Under the pieces are notes generated by a model. That model saw only the letters and a list, made by a program, of their open reading frames with translations, had not been told where the DNA came from and ran no database searches. From the human T2T-CHM13v2.0 reference genome, Homo sapiens, in NCBI RefSeq assembly GCF_009914755.1, contig NC_060928.1: 64,000 nt of DNA; one strand, given 5' to 3'. The position numbers were made by a program, and so were the translations under genes. Below are positions 13,682 through 25,791 of the stretch, piece after piece; position 1 is the stretch's first letter, and each line of letters opens with the position of its first letter.

Positions 13682-13892
13682 TAGCTACACGGCTACAAGT
13701 AACTACAAGGCCCCCACATTATGGTCTTCCACTTCAAATTCTTATCTCCCCAACCCTCACTTGGCATGACTGAAAGCTTCACTCACTTATAGTATTTGTT
13801 CAAATATTATTTAATCATTGAAGCCTGTCTGATCACTATTTGCTCTTCTATCCAAATTCCACACCTCCTTGCCCAGCTTATTTGTTTCTCTA

Positions 13893-14268
13893 TGTATTAG
13901 TCCATTTTTATACTGCTATAAAGAACTGCCCAAGACTGAGTAATTTATAAAGAAAAGAGGTTTAATTGACTCACAGTTCAGTATAACTGGGAAGGCTTCA
14001 GTAAACTTACAATCATGGTGAAGGCAAAGGGGAAGCAAGGTACCTTCCTCACAAGGCAACAAGAAGGAAAGGTGCTGAGAGAAGGGGGAAGAGCCCCTTA
14101 TAAAACCATCAAATCTCCTGAGAACTCACTATCATGAGAACAGCATAGGGGTAACTGCCCCCATGATTCAATTACATTCACCTGGTCTCTCTCTTGACAC
14201 TTGGGGATTATGGGGATTACAATTCAAGATGAGATTTGGCGGGGGGGACATGAAGCCTAACCGTATCA
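13893..14268 (-). mobile_element. THE1 (THE1D-like) solo LTR
   Basis: TG...CA termini. Sequence 'tgtattagtccattttta...gaggtttaattgactcacagttc...attcaagatgagatttgg...ccgtatca'. Confidence 0.9.
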
Positions 14269-15479
14269 CCATAGCTCTAATTTAATTATAAAATCCTATA
14301 CATAAATGATAAAGGATGAAATAGTATTAACCCATTAAATTATATTTGCCCATTTGGACAAAAAGATAATTTTATAAGTTCCAATTTAATATATTTATGC
14401 TTATTGTTTACTGTGTATTTCTCCCTCCTGAGTGCCAACTCCAAAATGGTAGAAGGTGTTTTATCTCTAGTTCATGGACATATCACAAGTTTCTAGAACA
14501 GCATCTGTCACACACAGGGTTTCAATGAATATTCTTTAGTAAATAAATATATGTTGTCTCCACAGGCCCTATCTGTGATCTGTTGTTCATGACAAGTTAG
14601 GTAGTATTTATTTACAACCATCAAACACATTTTCATAAACACAGTATTTCAGGGAAAAGTTCCAGAAAAGAAACGTATCTTCTGAGTAGAAGATACAATA
14701 TACTCTATGTCAAGAACTGTAAGAACTAGCTTTTCAAAGGGTAGGAAAAATCACTGATTTTAGACCTAAAATCAAAAAGTAAATAAATTTTCTCTCTTTT
14801 TTGCCTTCATGTTTGAGCTACTAAACCCTTTTGTAGAAAAGTTCCTTTCTAGGGTTGTAGCTCTGAATAATTTTTCACTGTACAAAAGCTATAGAAAAGC
14901 AAAATAAGTAAAAGAGTGATAAATAACAGCATTATAGATTTAAACTTTCAGAATTTTATTATATGTGCAGCTGAAGCAAGCACTAAACCTCCAGAGTTTT
15001 AAAGAGGAGAATTGATAATCCACTCAATACTATGATTATTTTATGAGCACAAAGGAAACTACAGTGGAACCTATCACTTAACATACATAGAGAGATGCTT
15101 TGAAAACTTGAAATGACAGAAGAGAACCAAGCCTAGAATACTAGGTAGGTGTGTCCTGTATGCTTCCAATCTGTCCTGTGGTTAACTCTACCATGCAGTT
15201 AATCATACTGTATCTTAATTAATTACTTATTTATTTATGACCGTCTCTAAGCTTTAAGCAATTTGAAGGTATTTAGGTATTTAAATACCTTAGAGCCAAA
15301 GGTATGTAATGTGATACCTCCAGCACCTACTCCCAAATCTGATACATAGTTTGTGCCCAATTTAATAAAAATCAATGAATAAGTAAGTGAACAGAAAAAA
15401 AAATTTAAATCCTATTGTGCTATTTTCAGATAAAATTACCATGAATCAAGAACATAACTAAAACTATAACTGTGGTCCT

Positions 15480-16150
15480 TAATTTAAAAATTATGGTAGA
15501 TAACCTAACATAAAGCTAATTTAAAAAACATACTAACTTTCTGATACCAATACAAATTCATCAAAAATAAAAACAGAAGAAAAAAACTTACTCATTTGAC
15601 AATGACAACATAGCATATGAAATGATTAAGCGGAACTATAACAGGGAAGGTAAATGTCTTACGTGAAGAAAACTAAAGAGTTTATTGAGGAACATAAGGA
15701 CAGAAAAAAAAAGACAAAGTAAATATTTTGCCTATAAAATATTGTTAATGTATGATTCCTAAATTTTTGATGCATTTAATACAGGTTTAATCAGAATCTC
15801 ACCTTTTGTGTGTAACAGGTTAAAACCATTAAAATTAAGTAGAACAATCAACATGAGAATTTATAAGATATTATTTAAAAAGGGAATTCTTAGATGGACT
15901 TTTTCTGGCAAGAATAAAAAGAAAACAAAATAAAGTTTCTGTAAGTAAAACCTCATTGTAGCAATAAATAGTGAAAACAAAATTAAGCTTTCAAAATAAG
16001 ATCCCAAATATATAGATGTATCCCAAAAATACAATATATGATAAAAGTGAATTATCAGTTTAGAAATACAAGAATTATTCCGTAAGTTGTGTTGAAATGC
16101 TAATTAGCTCTTTTAGAAGAAAACAAAATTAGATTCCCACCTTACACAGT
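15480..16150 (+). mobile_element. Highly decayed L1M/L1ME ORF2 fragment
   Basis: A-rich, with recognisable remnants ('gaagaaaactaaagagtttattgagg', 'aaaattagattcccaccttacacag'). Confidence 0.5.
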
Positions 16151-18276
16151 AAATTGTTATATATACCATGGCATTAGGGAAAATCATTTTTTTCTTATGT
16201 TTCAACAACAGCAACAATTGAAAATATTTTCAAAAAGCAAGTAAAGAAAAATAAAGTTGAGTAAAAAACTCAAACTGTAAAGTAAAATTAATTTTCTGTC
16301 TACAGACCAGAGCATGAATAAGATTATACATCAATGATTTTATTTGAGATGTGAAAAAATGATTTAGGAGAAAGAAGTAAAATGTGGCTTCATTTATAGT
16401 CTATTTTATATGGTTTCCTTGGTAGGATTGAAGATATAGATCTCTTCAAAATTACATCTAAAATAGGAAACAAATAGCAATTTAAATTGCTTTTAGCACT
16501 GTATATCTCTGTTACTTTCAAAAATGAGTCGGACAATTGCCAATCATATCAGAGCATAGTTTATTTATTTAGAATCAATATAAGATTAAACATAAGATAG
16601 CTAATGAAAAAAGAGTAATATCAGAATACATTTAAAAAATTAATTGGTACGGTGGCATGTTTTTAGAAAGAGGATAAAAAAGACAATTATAAAACAGATT
16701 TTTTTCTTAATGCCTTTGGTTATAGATTTGAAATTTTTGTAGCTTTTTGATTGATTTTTAATAAAAGAATAAATACTACAAATAAAACAGTATAGCTTGC
16801 CAACTTTTAGATTTTTGTCTTTGTTGTTTATTTGCTATGTTTAGCAGGCTAACTTTGTTCCTCAAAGCAGAGTGTAGAAAACTACAAACCACCCATCCAA
16901 TGAAATCTTCAGAAGGCTGGTAAATGCCCAGAAATTGTAAATGTTATTTTGTGACCATTTCTATGTGAGTGCTTTTTGGAGTAAGAGAAAGAAAATGTAA
17001 TTTTTATTATAGTCTATTTAAAAAATGAACACTGAATAGACAATATATTGAAATTATCATTGAGTTCTCCATTTTTAAGTTCATTTTCATAGTGCCTGAC
17101 AGAACATAAGTTAGACTTAGAAAAAAAATACAAATCGTGGTGACATTCACACTCTCTGAGACTTTGGGATATCTATGCTTCAGATACATTCTTCAAGGCT
17201 GCTAAAAATATTGCAACATGGAGGCATTATATTGAGCTTATTAAATTATAAAACATATTAAAAGACCTTAAAAGTGGAAGAAAGAAATCGGAATTCATAC
17301 CTCTGAAGGCAGAAACATATATATTTTTCTAAGCCTTGGGATCTGAAATGAGTGTCAAATATTTTAATTGACAAAAGATTGTCTTAGACTATTCACTTCA
17401 AAAACTAAGAGAATACAAATAAGTGAATAGAAAAAGCAAAACAGTCTAGTCTACTCTAGTCATGACAATCTGATGATTTTGGAAATGAATTGTTACTAAG
17501 AAATTCCAGAGACAAATATACATTCATAAGCCACCTGCAGAGGGTAACAAATTAGTTTATAAAATACAGGCATCTGAATTAATACTTAAGTTCAATCCAG
17601 CCAACAGGGCTACTCAGTGCTAGTAAATATGGCTCTTTTCTGGAACAGGTATTCTTTACTCAACACACTCTATTACACGTGCTGGAAAATTAATATTATA
17701 ATTATACCCATCTAGGATGATCAAGAGGTGAATGATATCCCTGTACTTAAGCATACTGTACCTAATGTACAACCATTAGTGATTGTTCTAGAAATCTGCC
17801 TAAAGATTAACCTAGTGGCTAGAACCCTTGATTCTAGCAGTCTTAAAGCCATCTAGAGAAACAAATCACATCTTGACATGACTATTAAAATATATATTAA
17901 ACTCACTATTTTATAATCATAAACTTTCTGATCCTATATTCTAGCTATAGGTTGGAGAGCAGGGTCTATATTAAGTTTACTTCTGTATCTCTATTGCATA
18001 GCACAATCTCTATTACTTTTTAGTCACTTAATATTTGTCTAACAAATAAGGAAAAATGTCAAATCTCAGAATACATTGTTTCTGGGAGGAAAAGATTTCT
18101 ACATTTCAGGATTTCAAAATTAAACTAAATTATATAGCCTTCAATAGGATGTTTCTATTTTAATGCCACATCTTACACAACCAGAGTAAAGGTTCACCTA
18201 AAATATATAGGAAATCTATATACAAAAAATTCTACCAAACTGTGAGACTCTACCTTTGGCACAAGATGGTAATGTT

Positions 18277-18277
18277 A

Positions 18278-18322
<45 letters not shown>

Positions 18323-18325
18323 TTG

Positions 18326-18357
<32 letters not shown>

Positions 18358-18956
18358 CACATATGTATACATATATACATATATATGTATATACGTATAT
18401 AGCTGTATATATATACACATGTATATAGCTGTATATATACATACATGTATATACATATACATATATACATATACACATATACATACATGTATATACATAT
18501 ACATATATACATACATGTATATACATATATACATATGTATACATGTGTATCTATATACATATATACATATGTATACATGTGTATCTATATACATATATAC
18601 ATATGTATACATGTGTATCTATATACATATATACATATGTATACATGTGTATCTATATACATATATACATATGTATACATGTGTATCTATATACATATAT
18701 ACATATGTATACATGTGTATCTATATACATATATACATATGTATACATGTGTATCTATATACATATATACATATGTATACATGTGTATCTATATACATAT
18801 ATACATATGTATACATGTGTATCTATATACATATATACATATGTATACATGTGTATCTATATACATATATACATATGTATACATGTGTGTATGTATACAT
18901 ATGTGTGTGTATATATATACATATGTATACATATGTGTGTATATATACATATATAC

Positions 18957-18993
<37 letters not shown>
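18277..18993. repeat. Compound (CT)n-(AT)n low-complexity block containing a 34-bp minisatellite
   Basis: Unit ATACATATATACATATGTATACATGTGTATCTAT occurs as 10 perfect copies plus a partial copy at 18521-18888. It accounts for all Y/I/H/M/T-rich ORFs at 18242-19090. Confidence 0.97.
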
Positions 18994-19089
18994 CAGCTAC
19001 AGTATAATATGCCTTACCCTTATCCTCAACCCCCTAACAGAACATATAGCCTACCCTTTCCTCAGATGTAAGGATATATATTACATATA

Positions 19090-19090
19090 G

Positions 19091-19127
<37 letters not shown>

Positions 19128-19138
19128 CCTACCTATCT
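19090..19138 (+). repeat. (CTAT)n microsatellite
   Basis: Seen directly. Confidence 0.95.
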
Positions 19139-19942
19139 AGATGTATATATATCTTTCCCTCATACTGACCTGAACTTATGCCTATGACAGCTGAGAACAT
19201 ACAATATTTTCCCAGAGTTGCAACTGATGGCAACTTCTTTATTGCTCCCACTGTACCTCCTCCAGAATTCTGAGTAGCAATTACAGCATTTTATTGTGTT
19301 TACTTGTTTATGTTAATATGCTATCTTGACACAAACTACTAGAGTTTATGTTCATTGAGCAGGAATTCTGATTTCTGTATCCTGTTCATCTAGCATATAA
19401 TATATGTCTTATTTATGCTAGTTGAACACTATAGGGCAATGACTTTGTCTTATTTACCATTATTACCATTATATCTAGTTTCCAGAACCCTGCTTAACAC
19501 ACAATGGGCACTGAGTAAATATTGGTGGAATGAACGGTAGTGCTCAGTGAGTATTTACTGAATGAATTAATAGCTAAGGCTATTTCTTGAAACATGGGAC
19601 TTCAGCTGGCTAAATTATTTTAGTACTGATAGACTTAATGAAATGTTTGAAAATAAAAAAAACTATAAATTTAATCTACCTCCTACAGAGCCTGAGAACG
19701 CACTAACAAGTTTCTGCTTAAACATGTCTAGTGATAAGCTATCCATTACCATGTTAGATAACTTTTGTATTGGGAGAAAATCTTCCTTCATATAATTTCT
19801 ACTACTTGGTTATGGTTTGTCTACTACATCTATACATAATAAATTCAAACATGATTATATATAGCATCCTTTAAAATAAGATAACCATTCAATTCCTCAG
19901 TAAACTTATGTAAATTAAAAAATTTTGCTTTTAAGTTACAGT

Positions 19943-19963
19943 TGTGTGTGTGTGTGTGTGTGT
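19943..19963 (+). repeat. (TG)n microsatellite
   Basis: Seen directly. Confidence 0.95.
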
Positions 19964-22900
19964 TTGTCTGCGTCAAGTACTTCAGTGTGTCAAAATTTTC
20001 TTTAAAATAATCTGGCACTACCCACAATACTCCAGAAAGTGTGTGATAGGTACAAAGTAGATTTTTCTGCTTAATGTGATTTTATCAATGAACTCATAAT
20101 TTACTGTAGTATCTCTCTTCTCTTCTCCTCTTTTTTTCTCCATTTCCTTTAAAAAATTTATCAACACTAATGTTCATTGTTTTGACTTATATTGCATTCA
20201 TAATCTGAGAGATGTGGTAGTTAAAAATGCAGGCAGGGGTATAGAACACAGGGATTTAAGTTTCGGTTTCAGCACCTATCAGCAAGATGACCTTTAATAA
20301 GTTCACAAAAATGTTTTTCCCCTGTTTTTCCATCTGTAAAATTGAGAGAATAACAATATCGAGGCTATATTCTTCTTCTTCTTCTCATTAGGTAATTTGG
20401 CTAAGTATAATCTTCTAGGAGGAATACTTGACTTCAGATTTGAAGACATTTTCCCCATAGTCTTCTGGTATTGCTGATGAGAAATCTCTTGGCTCTTTAG
20501 TTCTTCTTCCTTGATTATGATCCATTCTTTCAGTATATCTTCAAAAATTTAGGCTCCTCTGTTTATCTTTAGAGTTCTAGAGGTGTATTTTTAATTTTGA
20601 TTAAAATATATTTTTTATTTAATTAGTGTCATAAATCTAGGTCTTAGCCATGAATAAGCATAAGCTGCATTTAAAAGACATTTAAAAGACTTAAAAGACA
20701 TTTAAGAACACACAAGGATCCATATATTTCACTCTACTGCACTTAAAACCACTTTAGCGAGGCTATATCATAATAGAATAACTATAATTCCACAGAATAT
20801 CTGTTATGACTTTCTTTTCATATAAAATTTTAAGTGCTAGTTTCTTTGCACAGATTTTCTTTCTTGGAAATTTCATTTCTGGAAATGCATACGACAACTC
20901 CACACTAATGAAGATTTTCTGCCTCAAGGAGTTGTCTGAAATCACTCCAGTGAGAAATGGTGGAGCTGAAACTGGAATTTAGATCTGTTGGTAAAGGCCA
21001 GGATTCTCACTTGAAAGCCTGCCCATATGTGAATTACTCTCTTGAAGCTCATTCTTCCTTTTCTTTCATGGAAGTCATTTATCATATTTTGGTAATCATT
21101 TTCTCAGTATCTCCAGAGTCATTTTTCAGTTTTTTTTACTCTTTCTTTTCACCCCTCCTTTGGGCCTCCACCTTCATCCTTATATTCTTACATTCAATTA
21201 ATCTATTTAATATTTGAATGAAATATCAAACATTTCCTCTTGTTCCTTAGCCATAAGTGTTCTTCATAGTATAGAATGGAAGAAAGATACTGATTGTTTG
21301 GATAAACTAAAAGACTCTGTACACAGGGGTTTTATCAATTACGACATTTGCATTTTAGCTTCAAAAATCATTTTCCTCTCAGTCTTTTGCATATTTAACT
21401 ATCATGGAATATCTTTACTTAGTCATTTGCTTTTCAAGTTTGAATGGTTATCATCAACATTTTATTACAAATTTAAGCCAAAAATCTAGACACTTAAAAA
21501 ATTATTCATTCATTACTACCCACACAAAACATACTACTGAAATTGCTTGAAAATAATATATTTTAAAAAGCAAGTTTATTTGAATATTTTCAACCGGGCA
21601 ACTGAATGCCACATAGTATGATTATTGACTCATGGAAATTGTTCTGAAAAAAGAAAATTGTGATTTTTTCCTGGAGCTCTTTCAATATATAACTCTTAGT
21701 CAAGGCTTATTGTAGGTTACTTTTGGTAACAGCTAAAATATCTTTTTAAATTCTTTTTAAAAACCTGATTATAACTAGATTATTTTCATCATTACAAAGA
21801 AGTTAAATCAAGCTGAAGAGATTCTAAAGAACTTGTCAAGATGCCAAAGAGTCTCCTAGAGAATGATACACAGGAACCATGACTACAGTTTTAGTTACAA
21901 TGATAGGATAGGTTTTCATAGTTCAGCAATAAAAAATAAAATAGTGTTTCTCCTCTATACTGTTGATGGAAATTAATGAGGAAACTAAGCATTACAACTG
22001 ATTAAATACAAAAAAAATGCTTCCAATTTGGGAAGTCCCCAAAATAGATGACTTTCAAGATATATTTTGGAAATCATATAAAACACTAAAATGCTTACAA
22101 ATGAACTATTTATGGTTAGTTTTGGAAGGGAAAACTAACCAAAAGAAAGGGAAAGGGAGAGAGAAATATGATCGTACATGATTTATACATGTTAGCATCT
22201 GTTACCTCCAACTAAATATTAAAAGGATAAAAAGTTCACCCAACTGTAGCTACTTTATTTTACTTATTTTAAAAGAATGTTCATTGCAACATTATTTTTT
22301 AAATTTATTTTTTAGCAAAAGCATGCTTTATTTCCTTTTAATTGCTATATTTCCCAACTTGGTCTCATAGAACCCAATGGAGAAAGAAACATGTTCTAAT
22401 AACATTCTCATGGTTTGCCTACAAAAGTGTTTCTGTGTCAAACTTTTTCCATTCAATGAAGAAAACAGTATATGATGCATCTTAAAGAAAGCATGCTTAC
22501 ATTTGCCTTTTATTGCTAGCTTTCTACCTCATTCTTAAAAATTATGTTTTTGGGGGTACTTTTAAATGTATAACATGAACTGTCATAACTGAGGCCGTAA
22601 GGGCTAATTAGAACAACAGCTTATAAATATATCTTTTAATGTATATTTATTCACTGGACAAAATAATCCAGGTTATCTACATTACTATGATAATAAAAAT
22701 TATGTGTTAACTGTACAATACCTTCCTCACTTATACATATGGTTAAAAAGTCCATAGTATTCACACTTAGAATTTCCCTCTTGAAAAGTACTTAGATAAA
22801 ACAGTGAAGCAACCATTGACTTATTTCATGTTTCAGTTGAAATCATAGATGTATTGAATGTGAAACTCTTAAGAAATCATATGTGGTCTAGTATCCTTCA

Positions 22901-23913
22901 TTTCATAGATGAACCTGTGTTCAGAGAGGTTAAAGGCCCTTGACACATGAGATCATGTCTCCAGGCTGCTAAACCTGCACTCTGTCCCTTCAGCACATAT
23001 CTCTTCAATTCTGGGAGCTTGATGTAATTGGCTCTGGAGCCAATTACAATGATTGCAAATATTCCCCAAAACAAAACATGTTTATTTAAAATAAAACATC
23101 TCTTGGGATAGATAATATGCTCTTTACTAAGCAGCTTGCCTATTTGTTTGAAAGGAAAACTCGTATAAAATGATAAAAGGTTGTTATTTCAGAAAACTAC
23201 TGTAAATCTGTTTTTACTTTTGTAATATTATGATGTATGTGTATACCTAAATATCTTTTATAAAATGCTATAATATATTCAAAGAATAAGCCATTACGAC
23301 ACAATATATACAAGAAATAATTCATCCAGTATTATGTTTATGTTCGTGTCAAACATTTAAGAATCTAAGGGAACAGGGTTAAAAAAAAAGAGAGAGAAAA
23401 CTTCAGTCCTACAAAAGCACTAACTGTCAAAAAATTCTAACAGGTCTAATATTACTTAGCCTACTTTAATCCAATCTCTATTTTCTAAGAGAAAATATAC
23501 TTGTTCTATATGCTGGTGTGGCAAAAAAATTCACTCTAGCTTTACACTTACGTTTATAATAATAATTCATTTTAGCAGTGATACAAATAGTTATAAAGGC
23601 ATGTTTCTATCTTCATAATGATTGTACTTTACTTTTGAATTCTATACAGAGTTACTTTTTTAATAATGTAATGATAAAAGTACATTTATTTGAAACAAGT
23701 TGCATGGTATGAGTACCATGTCCCAGACCTTTATAAGTGTCTATGTCTTAATCAACGTATTTTAGCTCAAGTCACCCACTACTCCTACGTATAATCGAAG
23801 AATGATACCTGAGCATTTTATATGTCTACCAGAATGACTTAAACATTTTACTGAAAGGTATTCCAGTCCAGTTTTGTTTCTGTTAAATTTGAAATTTGTG
23901 ATCGGTGACACTT

Positions 23914-23945
23914 TTCTCTCTCTCTCTCTCTCTGTCCCATACACA

Positions 23946-23987
<42 letters not shown>
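23914..23987 (+). repeat. Compound (CT)n / (CA)n microsatellite about 0.7 kb into GABRG1 intron 1
   Basis: Seen directly. Confidence 0.95.
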
Positions 23988-23990
<3 letters not shown>

Positions 23991-24652
23991 CCAAGACATT
24001 CATGTGGCCACACATTTTTAATTACTGATGGACAGCCAATTTTAAAAAAAAACACTCAAAGCTGGTTCAAATTAAATATACACGGTCAGTTTTTACTTGG
24101 ATACTATACATTTTTAATGCTGATAGATTTGTTTTTAGCCAGATTTACAATATTTCTTGATGTAAAACACTGGTTTGTTCCAGAAAGTTACCAAAAACGA
24201 GGAAAGGGGAAAAGCAATAGCAGTAGGTAGAAAAACATCATACATATCATGCTGTGTAACAACAAGTTTCTGAAATAACTTTGTTTTTAAAATGCAGAAT
24301 CATCCAGAAAGTTCTTCGGTGGCATTCATTCAGTAAATTTACTGGCAAAGTCATTTCTACTCCCCCTCACTCCCTCCCAGTAACTCAACCTTCATTAGTT
24401 CACTAGTTCACTAGTTTATACTCTGCTTGAAGTCAAAAACAACTGAACCAATCTCATGCTTCAGAAATATGTTACTTTCCTTCTATCTGAGAATGAATAG
24501 ATCTAATCAGAAAATAAAACGATGGTAAATACCACATATGTGTTAGGAAATGCAAATTAATTACTTAAAGTGGAATAATTTTTAAAAGAAAGGGGAATAA
24601 GGGGAAAGGGGTAGATAGCAAAGAATAGTTTTAAACCCCTGAATTTACTCAC

Positions 24653-24756
24653 CAGTTTCCCAAATGCAGGGTCAGTAACAAGAAGACCAACCTCACCCCT
24701 CTACTTTGACTCCGCAGAAGAAAAGGGGAGAAGAGAAAAGCTTTCAAAGGACCCAT
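24653..24756 (-). CDS. GABRG1: GABA-A receptor subunit gamma-1, coding part of exon 1 (signal peptide)
   Basis: Reverse strand from ATG at 24756 reads MGPLKAFLFSPFLLRSQSRGVRLVFLLLTLHLGN + TG, which I recognise as the human GABRG1 N-terminus. It is 104 nt, phase 2, and is followed by the consensus donor GTGAGT. Confidence 0.96.
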
Positions 24757-24900
24757 CGGAATCGCTTTTTTACGTGTGCTGCACTAGCTCAATTCTCCCA
24801 GCCAGGACTTTTCCTCCCACCTCAGCAGCAGCTGGCTGAGTACAGAAGGGAGAGTGTGGAAAGGCAGTGCACCTCCCAAACAGGTAGGATGCGACTCCCA
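24757..24900 (-). other. GABRG1: GABRG1 5' UTR (TSS position approximate)
   Basis: Lies between the ATG and the CCAAT boxes and has no upstream ATG. The TSS is inferred, not observed. Confidence 0.65.
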
Positions 24901-24916
24901 GCAGAATTGAGCCAGG

Positions 24917-24995
24917 GAGCCAATCAGGCCGAGAGGATGGTGGCATAAATTATCTTAAAAAGAGTTGAGCCAATCAGTAGCCCAAGGAGGCGGGG
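24917..24995 (-). promoter_or_regulatory. GABRG1: GABRG1 proximal promoter: two NF-Y CCAAT boxes and an Sp/KLF GC box
   Basis: GAGCCAATCAG at 24917-24927 and 24967-24977 (exactly 50 bp apart). GGAGGCGGGG at 24986-24995. Local GC/CpG content is raised. Confidence 0.8.
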
Positions 24996-25777
24996 TTCTC
25001 CTACTAGAAATTGAGCCCAGTAGGGAAAAGGGCTCCCTTTTTCTAAAAGAAAAACAAACCTCTTCTCCCTCGCAGCGGCGGAGAAACGTTTGAGTGGCCT
25101 TGAACAGAATCCCTCCCTAGGGAGAGGCTGCCTTTCTCCCCTTCTGCTCTTCCTCTTGTCTGACTCTATTTCGGGGCGACTGCCTCTTTCCTCTCCAGCG
25201 TTCGGATTCTAAATCTGTCTTCCAAGAGAGACCCGTGGGAAGCAGGCAGTGCCTAATTGGTTTTCCCCAGGTTCGTGAGGATTCTGTTAATTTGTGTTAA
25301 TCATTTTGTTAATTTTGTGGGTGGGGCGGTGTCTCCTTTCTCTTTGCAGATCCAGCACCTGGCAGGATGCCCCGCACAAATGAGCACTCAGGAGATGTTG
25401 AATGTATAATTGAATGAATGAATGAATGAATGAGCAGGCTCCATGCATTCCTGGTCACCACGTTTGCTCCCCCCAACCCCCTTCCACCGCCTTAATAGTG
25501 AGAGAGGATATGCAGTCTTCTTCTCCCGCCGGGCACCGAAAGATGACACTAATGAATAATGCCAGGCAAGAACTATCTCATCTTAATCTCATCTTACAAA
25601 CACAAAAACAGAAGTCTGATTTTATAAATGTTGTCATAGCCATAGGAGCTGTAGACCTATTAGATGGGCAATCCTAGTTCTCTGCCCCACTCCCCATCTG
25701 CTTTTGCATCTGTTAAGCCTCAGTGTTTGGTACCTAACTTCAGAGGCTCTGCTTTGAGTTCCTAGCAGAGCCCGACG

Positions 25778-25791
25778 GTTGCCATGGTAAC
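25778..25791. promoter_or_regulatory. RFX X-box
   Basis: GTTGCCATGGTAAC fits the RFX consensus GTNRCC(N)0-3RGYAAC. It lies in a CpG-retaining non-repeat patch. Confidence 0.75.

Larger units (their letters stand above)
1..24652 (-). other. GABRG1: GABRG1 intron 1 (partial, continues beyond window start)
   Basis: Begins at the donor CTG|GTGAGT after exon 1. I found no sequence encoding the expected continuation (VDKADDEDDED...) in 1-24652. Confidence 0.88.

Noticed and set aside
18521-18888. 34-bp repeat array as CRISPR-like
   Set aside because: Units are head-to-tail with no spacers, there are no cas genes, and the context is human.
18242-19090. Longest ORFs in the track (282, 208, 154 aa)
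   Set aside because: They are translations of the (CT)n/(AT)n/34-bp repeat, which lacks stop codons by composition.
20268-20276. REST/RE1 half-site TTCAGCACC
   Set aside because: There is no right half-site, and it lies in a MIR remnant.
24743-24748. CHR-like TTTGAA near the CCAAT boxes, suggesting a cell-cycle promoter
   Set aside because: It falls inside GABRG1 codons 3-5 and is explained by the coding sequence.
24706-24948. + strand 80-aa ORF over the promoter
   Set aside because: It is antisense to the recognised GABRG1 exon 1, starts at a non-ATG codon and has no homology I recognise.
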